DNA of 64,000 bases from Candidatus Bathyarchaeia archaeon (GCA_038727135.1 JAVYWL010000001.1:32001-96000); one strand, 5' to 3'. Counted from the first letter of the stretch, positions 27,179 through 36,958 are shown. Numbers and translations are program-made. Notes: generated by a model from the sequence alone, not told the origin.

Positions 27179-30094
27179 ATGGAAATTTTAAGGCGAGTCG
27201 AGGAGAAATGGCAGAAGCGCTGGGAAGAAGCAAAAATCTTTGAGGCAAACCCAGATCCTAAAAAGCCAAAATTCTATATAACAGTGGCCTACCCCTACCC
27301 AAACTCCCCACAACACATTGGTCATGCACGAACCTATACTTTGGCTGACGTTTACGCCAGATACAAGCGGATGCAAGGCTATAACGTGCTCTTGCCGATG
27401 GCTTTCCATTATACTGGCACTCCGGTTTTAGCCATGGCAAGGCGTCTAGCAGAAAACGATGAAGATTTGATAAGCGATTTTGTTGACGTCTACAAAGTTC
27501 CTAGAGAAAAGTTAAGAGAGTTGACGGATCCGCTTGCTATGGCTCGCTACTTCCACGAAGAAATCAAGGAAGGCATGAAAAGGATTGGCTACTCAATAGA
27601 CTGGAGGCGGGAGTTCACAACCATAGACCCCCAATACAACCGCTTCATAGAATGGCAGTTCCACAAACTCCGCGAAAAAGGCTACATAACTCGTGGAAGC
27701 CACCCGGTTGGCTGGTGTCCCAAAGACGGTAACCCTGTTGGACAACACGACACACAAGGCGATGTGGAGCCAGAAATAGGCGAGTTTACACTCATAAAGT
27801 TTAGGCATGGCGAATGGGTTCTTCCAACGGCTACGCTGCGTCCAGAAACGGTCTTCGGCGTTACGAACATTTGGCTTAACCCAAAGGCAAAGTACGTTAA
27901 ATCCATCGTCGACGGCGAAAAATGGATAGTTAGCGAAGAATGTGCTGAAAAGCTAACATATCAAAACCACAAAGTGACTATACTTGAAAGTTTCGAAGGA
28001 AAAATGCTTGTAGGAAAACGGGTTGAAAATCCAGCAACAAACGAGGAAATCTACATTCTGCCCGCGGAATTCGTTGACCCTAAGAATGCGACGGGTGTGG
28101 TAATGTCTGTGCCTGGACATGCACCATACGACTATGTAGCATTAGAAAACATAAAAAGTGAGCCGTGGAAGCTTATGGAATATGGATTGACTGAAGATGC
28201 CGTGAGAGCCATAAACGCCATTTCCATAATCGAAGTTCCTCAGTATTCCGAGATTCCAGCAGCAGATGTTGTAAAAAGGATGGGCATAAAGGAGCAGACA
28301 GACCCCAAACTTGAAGACGCCACAAAAGAAGTCTATAGGCATGAATTCCACAACGGCAAAATGAAAAGCAACGCTGGGAAGTACGCTGGCTTATCTGTGG
28401 CGGAGGCCAAAGAAAAGGTTAAGCAAGACCTAGTAGCTGCTGGAAAAGCCACAACAATGTACGAGCTCCTAAACAGACCAGTGCGTTGCCGCTGCGGAAC
28501 AGAATGCATCGTGAAAATCTTCGAAAACCAGTGGTTTATAGACTATGGAAACCCTGAATGGAAAGCCCTAGCCCACAAATGCCTAGAGAGAATGAGGATA
28601 CTGCCGGAAGAGCTCCGCACAGAATACAAGTACGTGATAGACTGGCTACACGAAAAAGCTTGCGCAAGAAAATCGGGCTTGGGAACACGACTGCCATGGG
28701 ACCCTGAATGGATCATAGAGTCCCTATCAGACTCAACAATATACATGGCGTACTACACTATAGTTCGCCACATAAAAGAGCATAAAATCCAGCCAGATCA
28801 GCTAACGGATAAAGTTTTTGACTACGTTTTCCTCGGAATTGGAAACGCGGAAGAAGTGGCGGATGAAACTGGAATAAACGCCAAAGTCCTAGAAGAGATG
28901 AGGCAAGAGTTCCTTTACTTTTATCCCCTAGACAGCAGGCATTCAGCCCACGAACTTATTCCAAACCATTTAACATTCATGATATTCAACCACACAGCCA
29001 TATTCCCAGAAAACCTTTGGCCGCGGCAAATAGTGACAAACGGGCTTGTCACCATGGAAGGAGCTAAAATGAGCAAATCCTTCGGCAACATAATACCGCT
29101 ACGAGAAGGACTGGCGGCCTACGGCGCGGACCCAATAAGGCTAAGCGTGTTAGCAACGGCAGAACTTTTACAAGATGCAGATTTCAGCCCATCCGTTGCA
29201 AAGGCGATGCGAGACAGGCTGGAGCGGCTTTACAAGCTTGTTATTGAAATGGCCGAAACAGGAACATGTCAAAAAAGTCATCCTTCAAACGAGGAGCTGA
29301 CAGCTATTGATAGATGGATGTTGAGCCGACTGCAAGAACACATCAAAAAAGTAACGGATGCCATGGAAAAACTAGCTGTGCGTAAAGCAATCCACACAAT
29401 TTTATTTGAACTGGACCAAGACCTACAATGGTACCAGAAACGGGTTAAAACAACACCAAAAGCCGCCGTGGCCTACGTAATGAACGAAGCGTTGAAAACT
29501 CAAATACTGATGCTCGCTCCCTTCGCGCCCCACATCTGCGAAGAGCTTTGGGAGAAAATGGGCGAAAAGGGATTCGCTTCCTTGGCGCCGTGGCCAAAAC
29601 CACATGAGGCAAAAGTTGATGTTAAGGCTGAAGAAAGCGAAACACTCATTGCAGCTCTGCTGGAAGACACAGCACACATCATAAAGGCAACAGGTATGAA
29701 ACCCACAAAAATATTCTATTACACAGCAGCGAAGTGGAAGTGGAAGGCTTACCTAAAGGCCATCAAAAAATCCTTGGAAGGAAAAATTGAACAAGCCAGC
29801 TTAATCAGGGAACTGCTAAAAGATGAAGATTTAAAGGGAAAAGCTAAAGAAGTAGCCGATTTCATAGGCAAAATCATTGAAGAAATCAATAAAATACCAA
29901 AAGAGAGAAAGGAGAGACTAATGCAGGTCGGGTGGATGGATGAAACTGGAATATTGGAGACAGCAAAGGAATTTTTGGAAGCCGAGATAAACGCCAAGAT
30001 TACAATTCAAAGCGAGGAAGAAAAGGAACTCTATGACCCCAAAAACAGGGCGAAACTGGCTAAGCCATGGCGACCTGCGATATACATGGAGTAG
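27179..30094 (+). CDS. leuS: Leucine--tRNA ligase (archaeal type)
   Basis: AYPYPNSPQHIGH, ATLRPET editing domain, WIIESLSDSTIY, KMSKS; start likely ATG 27179. Confidence 0.95.
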   Translation: MEILRRVEEKWQKRWEEAKIFEANPDPKKPKFYITVAYPYPNSPQHIGHARTYTLADVYARYKRMQGYNVLLPMAFHYTGTPVLAMARRLAENDEDLISDFVDVYKVPREKLRELTDPLAMARYFHEEIKEGMKRIGYSIDWRREFTTIDPQYNRFIEWQFHKLREKGYITRGSHPVGWCPKDGNPVGQHDTQGDVEPEIGEFTLIKFRHGEWVLPTATLRPETVFGVTNIWLNPKAKYVKSIVDGEKWIVSEECAEKLTYQNHKVTILESFEGKMLVGKRVENPATNEEIYILPAEFVDPKNATGVVMSVPGHAPYDYVALENIKSEPWKLMEYGLTEDAVRAINAISIIEVPQYSEIPAADVVKRMGIKEQTDPKLEDATKEVYRHEFHNGKMKSNAGKYAGLSVAEAKEKVKQDLVAAGKATTMYELLNRPVRCRCGTECIVKIFENQWFIDYGNPEWKALAHKCLERMRILPEELRTEYKYVIDWLHEKACARKSGLGTRLPWDPEWIIESLSDSTIYMAYYTIVRHIKEHKIQPDQLTDKVFDYVFLGIGNAEEVADETGINAKVLEEMRQEFLYFYPLDSRHSAHELIPNHLTFMIFNHTAIFPENLWPRQIVTNGLVTMEGAKMSKSFGNIIPLREGLAAYGADPIRLSVLATAELLQDADFSPSVAKAMRDRLERLYKLVIEMAETGTCQKSHPSNEELTAIDRWMLSRLQEHIKKVTDAMEKLAVRKAIHTILFELDQDLQWYQKRVKTTPKAAVAYVMNEALKTQILMLAPFAPHICEELWEKMGEKGFASLAPWPKPHEAKVDVKAEESETLIAALLEDTAHIIKATGMKPTKIFYYTAAKWKWKAYLKAIKKSLEGKIEQASLIRELLKDEDLKGKAKEVADFIGKIIEEINKIPKERKERLMQVGWMDETGILETAKEFLEAEINAKITIQSEEEKELYDPKNRAKLAKPWRPAIYME

Positions 30095-30096
30095 CG

Positions 30097-30458
30097 TTAC
30101 AGGAAGCTTTTCAAGATATTTAGAGTTCTTGGATTAACGCGAATATGATAATTTTTTCTCCCACCACTTGTGGTTGTAACGTAAAAGTCTTTGTCTTCCG
30201 GAGTTTAGAGCCGTAAAGAAGGGCTAAAACGGTTCTGCCGATATTTACGGACGTCACCTTCTCGCTTTTTAACTTCTCCTCAATAGCTTCCTACAACATC
30301 CTCAAATTAATCGTGTAGATAACTTCCGATCCTTCCCTACCAGCCCTCGCATAATGCATCTCCATATCTATCAGAAGATGTTTAACTATATCGTAATAGA
30401 GGGACTACGATATTTGATTAGGAACTACGTAATTTACAAGGAAAGATAGGAATGTCAC
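30097..30458 (-). pseudogene. Degraded hypothetical gene (in-frame stops and a frameshift)
   Basis: Manual translation ..VPNQIS*SLYYDIVKHLLIDMEMHY..INLRML*EAIEEKLKSEKVTSVNIGRTVLALLYGSKL / DKDFYVTTTSGGRKNYHIRVNPRTLNILKSFL* reads as protein-like. Confidence 0.45.
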
Positions 30459-30605
30459 CTATCCTATTCTCAGACAAGCTGCCTACCTTTCTAATAATAT
30501 GGGGAAAGCCTCATCTTTAAAGTTTTAAGTAAATTTTTCTGTTAAAGCACATAGGCTGTAGATAAAACTATATCTCTAACATTTTTATCTATGAAAATCA
30601 GCGGA

Positions 30606-30706
30606 GGGTCCGTGGCGCAGCTTGGACAAGGCGTAATGCTTAATCCAAAGAGCGCGTCGGCCTTCTAAGCCGGAGATCCCGGGTTCAAATCCCGGCGGAC
30701 CCGCCA
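30606..30706 (+). tRNA. tRNA-Arg(TCT) with ~21-nt non-canonical D-loop intron, encoded CCA
   Basis: Acceptor GGGTCCG/CGGACCC, anticodon arm TCGGC-CTTCTAA-GCCGG, T arm CCGGG-TTCAAAT-CCCGG; extra sequence in D-loop with TGGA/TCCA helix and 3-nt bulges. Confidence 0.92.
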
Positions 30707-30768
30707 TTTTATGGAAACTTTATTTAAACTGCTTGTTAAAAGCTAAATCGTGTGCAAGGGCGGTGTGT

Positions 30769-33159
30769 ATGAGGGTTATGTTTTGGTTGTTGGATGTGAA
30801 TTATGAGGTTAGGGATCACGAGCCTGAGGTGTGGCTTTGGGGCATAGACTCTTCTGGGAATAGAGTTTTGGTGGTTGATAGAGGTTTCCTTTCGTATTTT
30901 TATGCTGTTGTTGAGGAGGGCTTTGATCCTGCAAAGGTTGCTGGAAAGATTGAGGCTAGAAAGACGGAGTTTCCGTTTGTTGTTAGGGTTGAGGCTGTTG
31001 ATAGGAAGTTTTTCGGTAAGCCCGTTAAAGCCTTGAAGGTTTATTGTCGTGACCCGGACGCCATGGCGAAGTATGCTAAGGCCTTTAGGAGAATTGAGGG
31101 CATTAAAGAGTGCTTTGAAGATGATATTCGCTATTCGATGCGTTATTTAATTGATAATGGTGTTGTGCCATGTGGCTGGCATGAGGTTGAGGTTGCTGAA
31201 GAATTGAAAAATGTGGATTTGCAAGTAGACCACGTTTATGTTGCTGCGTCTCCGCCGAAATTTGTTGAAAGGGCAGAGGTGCCAAAACTGAGAGTTTTAG
31301 GTTTTTCGATGATTTGTTATAGCCGCGAAGGGGCGCCGAAACCTGACAGGAATCCCGTTGTCATAATTTCGGTGGCAACTAATAGCGGTGAAGAGAGGCA
31401 GTTTGTCGCTGGCGAGGATAGGGATGATAAGCCTGTTCTAGAGGCCTTCATAGATTATGTGCGAAAGTTTGACCCTGATATTGTTGTTGGTTATGGTGTG
31501 AATAGGCAGGATTGGGCTTACCTTAATGAGCGTTGTAAGAGGCTTGGCTTGCGTTTGTCCATTGATAGGGCTAAAACCGAACCGCATACAAGTGTTTATG
31601 GACATGTTTCAATTACTGGAAGGGCTAACATCGATATTTTCGATTTTGCGGACGAGTTTCCAGATGTTAAGGTTAAGGCTTTGGAGAATTTGGCGGATTA
31701 TTTGGGCGTTATGAAAATTGAAGAGCGTGTTTTGGTGGAGGATGTTGATTTTGCCGATTACTGGGATGATAAGGCGAAACGTGAAATCCTCAGGAGGTTT
31801 TCGCTAGAAAATACCCGCTGTATTATGGGCATAGCTAACGCCATTCTGGACTTTGCCATGCAGCTTTCAAGCCTTGTCGGTTTGCCCCTTGACCACGTTG
31901 GAACAGCCGCTGTGGGCTTTAGGGTTGAGTGGTTCCTAATTAAGCACGCCCACAGAATCGGCGAGCTTGTGCCAAAAAGGGTTGAGCAGCCCTATAGACC
32001 TTATGCTGGCGCCATAGTGCTTAGTCCCAAGCCCGGCTTGCATGAGAACATCGCCGTTTTAGACTTTGCAGCTATGTACCCAAACATTATGATAGCCTAC
32101 AATCTTTCACCAGATACTTATGTAGCTCCTAAAGAGCCGATTCCACCATGCGGCGTTTATGAAGCGCCAGAAGTCAAGCATAGATTTAGAAAGGAGCCTC
32201 CGGGCTTTTACAAGGAGGTTCTGTCGCACCTGATAAGTGTTAGGAATGAAGTTCGTTCAAAGATGAAGAAGTGCGCCCCAGACAGCGTTGAATACCGCGT
32301 TTTGGATGCTAGACAAAAGGCGATTAAGGTTATTACAAATGCTTCCTATGGTTATGCAGGCTGGATTGGCGCAAGATGGTATATTAAGCCAGTCGCTGAA
32401 GCTGCCACTGCTTGGGGCAGACACACAATCTTAAGCGCTATTAGGATGGCTGAGGAGGAAGGCTTAACGGTTGTTTACGGCGACACTGACAGCATCTTCA
32501 TAAAGTATGAGCCGGAAAAAGTTGAGCAGCTTGCCGCAAAAATTTATGAGAAGCTCGGCTTGGAAATCAAGCCTGACAAGATTTATACGCGCATATTCTT
32601 TACTGAAGCAAAGAAGCGCTATGCTGGGCTTCTTCCAGATGGACGGCTTGACATTGTTGGTTTGGAGGTTATTCGTGGCGACTGGGCTGTTGTAGCAAAA
32701 AAGGTTCAGGAAAAAGTTTTGGAGATAATTTTGAAGGAGCAGTCGCCGCAGAAAGCTGCGAGATTCACCCAACAGTTCATTTATGAGTTAAGGCAGAGGC
32801 GTGTTCCATACCGCGACCTAATTATTTGGAAGACTTTGACGAAGCCAGTTGAGGAATACGCTGTTAAGACGCCTCATGTTGAGGCAGCCAGAATGTTGAT
32901 GGAGAAGGGTTGGAAGCTTGCCATGGGCGACAAAGTTGGCTATGTTGTGGTTGCTGGAACTGGGCGCCTATATGAGAGGGTTAAGCCCTACATGTTCGCT
33001 TCTTACGACGAAGTGGACATAGAATATTACGTGACAAATCAGGTTGTGCCGGCAGCCGCCAGAGTCCTCGAGTGCTTTGGCATAACCGAGGAGCAGTTGT
33101 TAACGGCTAAGGCCAGCGATAAGGAAAGGGAGACCAGGAGGCTTACAGACTTTTTCTAG
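30769..33159 (+). CDS. polB: Family B DNA polymerase (PolB3-like) with degenerate 3'-5' exonuclease motifs
   Basis: LDFAAMYPNI, KVITNASYGY, YGDTDS, KKRYAG; C-terminal PIP-box-like RRLTDFF; start ATG 30769. Confidence 0.93.
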   Translation: MRVMFWLLDVNYEVRDHEPEVWLWGIDSSGNRVLVVDRGFLSYFYAVVEEGFDPAKVAGKIEARKTEFPFVVRVEAVDRKFFGKPVKALKVYCRDPDAMAKYAKAFRRIEGIKECFEDDIRYSMRYLIDNGVVPCGWHEVEVAEELKNVDLQVDHVYVAASPPKFVERAEVPKLRVLGFSMICYSREGAPKPDRNPVVIISVATNSGEERQFVAGEDRDDKPVLEAFIDYVRKFDPDIVVGYGVNRQDWAYLNERCKRLGLRLSIDRAKTEPHTSVYGHVSITGRANIDIFDFADEFPDVKVKALENLADYLGVMKIEERVLVEDVDFADYWDDKAKREILRRFSLENTRCIMGIANAILDFAMQLSSLVGLPLDHVGTAAVGFRVEWFLIKHAHRIGELVPKRVEQPYRPYAGAIVLSPKPGLHENIAVLDFAAMYPNIMIAYNLSPDTYVAPKEPIPPCGVYEAPEVKHRFRKEPPGFYKEVLSHLISVRNEVRSKMKKCAPDSVEYRVLDARQKAIKVITNASYGYAGWIGARWYIKPVAEAATAWGRHTILSAIRMAEEEGLTVVYGDTDSIFIKYEPEKVEQLAAKIYEKLGLEIKPDKIYTRIFFTEAKKRYAGLLPDGRLDIVGLEVIRGDWAVVAKKVQEKVLEIILKEQSPQKAARFTQQFIYELRQRRVPYRDLIIWKTLTKPVEEYAVKTPHVEAARMLMEKGWKLAMGDKVGYVVVAGTGRLYERVKPYMFASYDEVDIEYYVTNQVVPAAARVLECFGITEEQLLTAKASDKERETRRLTDFF

Positions 33160-33160
33160 G

Positions 33161-34315
33161 TTAGCTTTCGGATATTTCGGAGAAAGTTATAAGCTGCACG
33201 TTTAGTGGCGGCTTTACGGCTTCTGAAATGCGGGAAGCCACTATGTTTTTTATGTTTTTCTCGCTGGCTATGTCCACTATTCTCTGGGTTATTATGCCGT
33301 CAAATACAACGGTATCTACGCCGCTGGTTTGTTGGAGTTTTTCTGCCAGTTGGCTTACTGGAAGCCTTTCTATGGGTTCTAGTTTCTCGTTTAGGAGAAC
33401 CGCCTCAAATGTGCCGTCCAGTTCCTTGGCTATCTGAACAACCTCTTTTGGAAGCTCCACTCGGCGTTTTTCCCGTTTTGGCGGCTTGAAAAGCTCCTCC
33501 ACGGGGACTTTGGCTTCTAAAGCCTCGAAGATTTCCTTGCAGTTCAGTTCCTCAACCTCTTTTCCTCTTGGGGCTCTAGCCACATATTTTATGTTGGTAA
33601 CTTGTAGCAGCTCTTTTAGGATTAGGTCTCCGCCCCTGTCTCCGTCAAGGAAGGCTGTTGCCTCCTTTTCTCTGCATAGCTTCTTTATTGTTTCTGGAAC
33701 TTTGGCGCCTTCAAGGGCTATAACATTGTGGATTCCGCAGCGCAGCAAGTTTATTACGTCGGCTCTTCCTTCAACGAGGATTATTTCCTTTGCACTGTCG
33801 ACTTCTGGTCCTGCTGAAAGCTCCTCTGGACCGTATTTTTCAACTTTCGCCACCTTTAGGGTTTCAGCCAGTTCCTTAAAAACCTCGTCCACGGTTGGCA
33901 TCGACTCAATAGTCCATTTGTGGAGAATTTCTTTAGCCCTTTCAATTATGGCTTTTCGCCTTGTTTCCCTTACATCCTCAATTTTTTCAAGGGTTACCTT
34001 CGCGGCACATGGCCCAACACGGTTTATGCTTTCTATGCTGGCTGCTAGAAGGGCTGTGGAAACGCGGTCTAGGCTCGTGGGAATTGTAATAGTCCCGGTT
34101 GTTTTATCATTTTTTGAGTGAAGTTCTATTTCTATTCTGCCTATTCTCCCAGATTTTTGGAGTTCCCTTAGGTCTAGTTCTGGTCCGAAGAGGCCTTCTG
34201 TTTGTCCGAAAACCGCTCCTATAACGTCTGGCTTTTCAACTACGCCTTCTATTTCGAATTTTGCCCGTATTACATACTTTACTGTAAGGGTTTGTGATGA
34301 ACCCGTAAGCGTCAC
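33161..34315 (-). CDS. dnaG: Archaeal DnaG (exosome-associated primase-like)
   Basis: GVVEKPDVIGAVFGQTEGL, VEGRADV, DGDRGG TOPRIM, FDGIITQR; start uncertain (GTG 34315 or ACG 34306). Confidence 0.93.
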   Translation of the reverse strand: MTLTGSSQTLTVKYVIRAKFEIEGVVEKPDVIGAVFGQTEGLFGPELDLRELQKSGRIGRIEIELHSKNDKTTGTITIPTSLDRVSTALLAASIESINRVGPCAAKVTLEKIEDVRETRRKAIIERAKEILHKWTIESMPTVDEVFKELAETLKVAKVEKYGPEELSAGPEVDSAKEIILVEGRADVINLLRCGIHNVIALEGAKVPETIKKLCREKEATAFLDGDRGGDLILKELLQVTNIKYVARAPRGKEVEELNCKEIFEALEAKVPVEELFKPPKREKRRVELPKEVVQIAKELDGTFEAVLLNEKLEPIERLPVSQLAEKLQQTSGVDTVVFDGIITQRIVDIASEKNIKNIVASRISEAVKPPLNVQLITFSEISES

Positions 34316-34425
34316 CTCCTTTATGCATATAGTTTATACCTTGTGTTAGTTTGAATGTGTGATGAGAGAATTGTCCTCTCTCAACACCGAGATTAGTTAA
34401 TAATGACTTTCGATATATATTACCT

Positions 34426-34842
34426 TTATGAATCACCAATCTTGCTTTTTAATGTTTTCATGTATTTGGCCAAGCCTTCCACGTCCTTTACTTCCTTACC
34501 AGTTAGGCTGGAGAGCCTCAGCCAATAGTACAAGTTAGCCTTAACGCCCATCTTTTCTATATGCTGTTTTATGTTTTCTGTTAGTTCTCTGCCTCTTCTG
34601 TCAAAGTCTAGGAGCATTATGACTTCCCCTGTTTTTGAGGCTTCTATTTCTGAAATAACATTTAAGAGATTTTTTCCGCCAGTTTTTGCGAATATCATTT
34701 GTCCGTGTATGCCTAGCTCTTTCAGGGCTTCCGCGTCCTTTCTTCCCTCGACAAGGATTGGCTTCCCGCTTTTGTTTTCTTCGGCTAGCTGCTCCAGAAT
34801 TTGTAGGATTTGTTCTTCCTTCTCCTTTAGGTGTGTGGACAA
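34426..34842 (-). CDS. Small TOPRIM-domain protein
   Basis: ILVEGRKD..LLDFDRRG..KDVEGL. Confidence 0.85.
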   Translation of the reverse strand: MSTHLKEKEEQILQILEQLAEENKSGKPILVEGRKDAEALKELGIHGQMIFAKTGGKNLLNVISEIEASKTGEVIMLLDFDRRGRELTENIKQHIEKMGVKANLYYWLRLSSLTGKEVKDVEGLAKYMKTLKSKIGDS

Positions 34843-34848
34843 GCCTTT

Positions 34849-35925
34849 TTACCTTGTTACTTCAGCCTTTCTCACAACTTCTAGGCTTTCTCTAGCCTCT
34901 TTGTCTGTTTCGAAGTAGCGTCTTATGGGTTCCAATATACGGGCTAGTTCTTTGGCTACTGCATTTTTCAAGTCCTGCGGGTGAAGTTGCCCGGTTCTGT
35001 AGGCTTTTTCTAATTGTTCGTAGTTTTCGAAGGTTATTGTGCCGCCATATTTTGATGGGCGTTCGACCGTGAAGGCTTTTGCTTCATGGAATATTACGTA
35101 TTTGACTATTTCTAGGACTGGGTTCATTTCCGTCTGCTTTTCCGGGCACCATGCCCTCTTCAGTTTAGCTCTTATCTGTTCTTCGTTGTCGTGGATGAAT
35201 ATGGCTGTCCAGGGCTTGGACTTGCTCATTTTGCTGGCAATCACCTGCTCCAGCTTATCCTTTGTTTCGAGTTTGGCTGGCTCTGCTATACCCATGAGCA
35301 GGTGGTGGTGCAAAGCCACCGGCTTTTTCCACCCCATTTTTGGAAAGATTTCGCGGGCAAGCACGTGGGCTTTGCGTTGATCCATCCCGCCGTGGGGTAT
35401 GTCTGCGCCTATGGTTTTTATGTCGACGGCCTGCATTGGCGGATAGAAATACTGCGACAAGTCTAGCCTTTCGGTTTCGCTTCGACCCATTATTGTTAGG
35501 CAGCGAAGTGTTCGGCTTAGTGTCATGTGCTTTGCAAACTTTAGCAGGTTTCGCCAATACTCATCATTATTGTGGTAGAGTTCTGAGCCGACGACAATTT
35601 TTACGCCTGGGCAGAAGAATTGGAAGGCTTTAGCGTAGTATTTTGTGGCTTGGAGGATTTTGTCCCAGTCTCCGCCGAACTTGTTGTTTATGAAACTGTG
35701 CCAATCCGCCAGATAGACTTGACACCGGACGCCAGCCTTCAATAAATCGTTTATTTTGAAGCCTGAAATTACAAGGTTTCCAAGATGCAGCAAACCCGAA
35801 ATCTCAAAACCAATGTAGTGTCCAGGATGCTCATTTGTCTCTAAAAGTTCTCTTAACTCGCTTTCAACGAGAATTTCCTCTGTTGGCGGACGTTTAATGA
35901 GTTCTATTTTTGTTTCTATGTCCAA
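34849..35925 (-). CDS. tyrS: Tyrosine--tRNA ligase
   Basis: YIGFEISGLLHLG, ADWHS, YPPMQAVD, GGMDQRK, KMSKS, LHPQDLK; start likely TTG 35925. Confidence 0.94.
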   Translation of the reverse strand: MDIETKIELIKRPPTEEILVESELRELLETNEHPGHYIGFEISGLLHLGNLVISGFKINDLLKAGVRCQVYLADWHSFINNKFGGDWDKILQATKYYAKAFQFFCPGVKIVVGSELYHNNDEYWRNLLKFAKHMTLSRTLRCLTIMGRSETERLDLSQYFYPPMQAVDIKTIGADIPHGGMDQRKAHVLAREIFPKMGWKKPVALHHHLLMGIAEPAKLETKDKLEQVIASKMSKSKPWTAIFIHDNEEQIRAKLKRAWCPEKQTEMNPVLEIVKYVIFHEAKAFTVERPSKYGGTITFENYEQLEKAYRTGQLHPQDLKNAVAKELARILEPIRRYFETDKEARESLEVVRKAEVTR

Positions 35926-36019
35926 GACTGTCAAGCCTTTTACAAATAAGCGGAACTGCAACTTAAAAGTTGTTTCGCGGGCGCTTTTGTTTCCCACGTT
36001 ACCTATCACTTAACTTCAT

Positions 36020-36240
36020 CGTGGAGCCTTTCGCTCCCCTTGGTTAAGCTCTCTCCGGCGTGGGAATTTTGGAGCGCCCGCGCCCGCCGGTGTCCCATGC
36101 TTGGGTAAACCCGCCTTCACAGCAACAAGCGTTTTGTGGGCTTGCTGCTCTGTTGGGTCCGTCGGCATGGATTTATCCCGGCGGGATTTCAAGAAGGCTC
36201 GCTTGGGAGAGTGTTCATCGCCAAAGGAGGTTAAAGCCTC
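36020..36240. ncRNA. Candidate structured non-coding RNA (GC-rich, multi-helix)
   Basis: Several complementary pairs seen by eye; no credible ORF; TTTTAAAC TATA-like box on minus strand at 36261-36268. Confidence 0.4.
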
Positions 36241-36366
36241 TTTTAGAATTAAATGTTGCTGTTTAAAAGCGAGTCATATTTGTTGATGTTTTTAAGTTAC
36301 AAATACACCGCCCCTCTCTAGTTTTTGGCGATTGCGGTTAACCTTTTATGGTTGATTAGCCGTTAA

Positions 36367-36744
36367 TTGCATGTGTGTCGTAGGGTAGGTTGCGTTAGGG
36401 TTCGAGGTTTTATTGCTAACCCGTTAGACCGCAATTTGAAGGAGGAGTTGGAGTTTATTGTGGACACAGGCGCTATTTACACGGTTATTCCGAGAAGTGT
36501 TGCTGAAAAGCTTAAGTTGAAAGAGTTGGGTAGGCGAAAATTTAAGACCGCGAATGGAAGCATCGTAGAGTTTCCAGTTTCAGAGGCGTACATAACAATA
36601 GGTGGGGAAGGCGTAACATCACTTGTTGCCGTTGCGGATGAGGGCACACCCACCCTTTTGGGCGTGACAACCCTTGAACTTTTAGGGTTGCAGGTTGACC
36701 CGGTAAGCGGAAAACTTGTGCCGATGGAGCTAATGATTCTTTAA
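36367..36744 (+). CDS. Clan AA (retropepsin-like) aspartyl protease
   Basis: FIVDTGAIYTVIP..TLLGVTTLELLGLQVDPV; start uncertain. Confidence 0.82.
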   Translation: MHVCRRVGCVRVRGFIANPLDRNLKEELEFIVDTGAIYTVIPRSVAEKLKLKELGRRKFKTANGSIVEFPVSEAYITIGGEGVTSLVAVADEGTPTLLGVTTLELLGLQVDPVSGKLVPMELMIL

Positions 36745-36789
36745 GCCGTAAGCTTTTGAAATTTTGGCTGGGTTTTAGGCTTATTTTCT

Positions 36790-36958
36790 CTACCCCCCTT
36801 CCCTCTAGAATTTTCGCGATGTCAATTTTGTTGCTGGCGGAGAACTGCAAAATTGATAGCCCCTCTATAGAATTTCCTGGGCATTAAAAAATGACTGCTG
36901 GAGCCAATTTAGGTTGTGGGTGGTTGCTAAATTGGATACCCCTCTCTAGATTTTTTGG
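36790..36958 (-). repeat. Cluster of three AAAATCTA(T/G)AGAGGGG-like repeats (a further copy at 36311-36326)
   Basis: Copies at 36790-36814, 36855-36875, 36928-36958; same family as 18022-18154. Confidence 0.65.

Noticed and set aside
30097-30706. Integrated element at tRNA-Arg
   Set aside because: No integrase and no duplicated tRNA 3' end seen; only a decayed gene upstream.
33486-34121. 211-aa plus-strand ORF
   Set aside because: Antisense shadow of dnaG.
36060-36286. Short ORFs in the GC-rich intergenic element; also SRP RNA, RNase P RNA or T-box identity
   Set aside because: ORFs lack protein-like features; conserved SRP helix 8, RNase P GAGGAAAGTCC and T-box motifs not found by eye.
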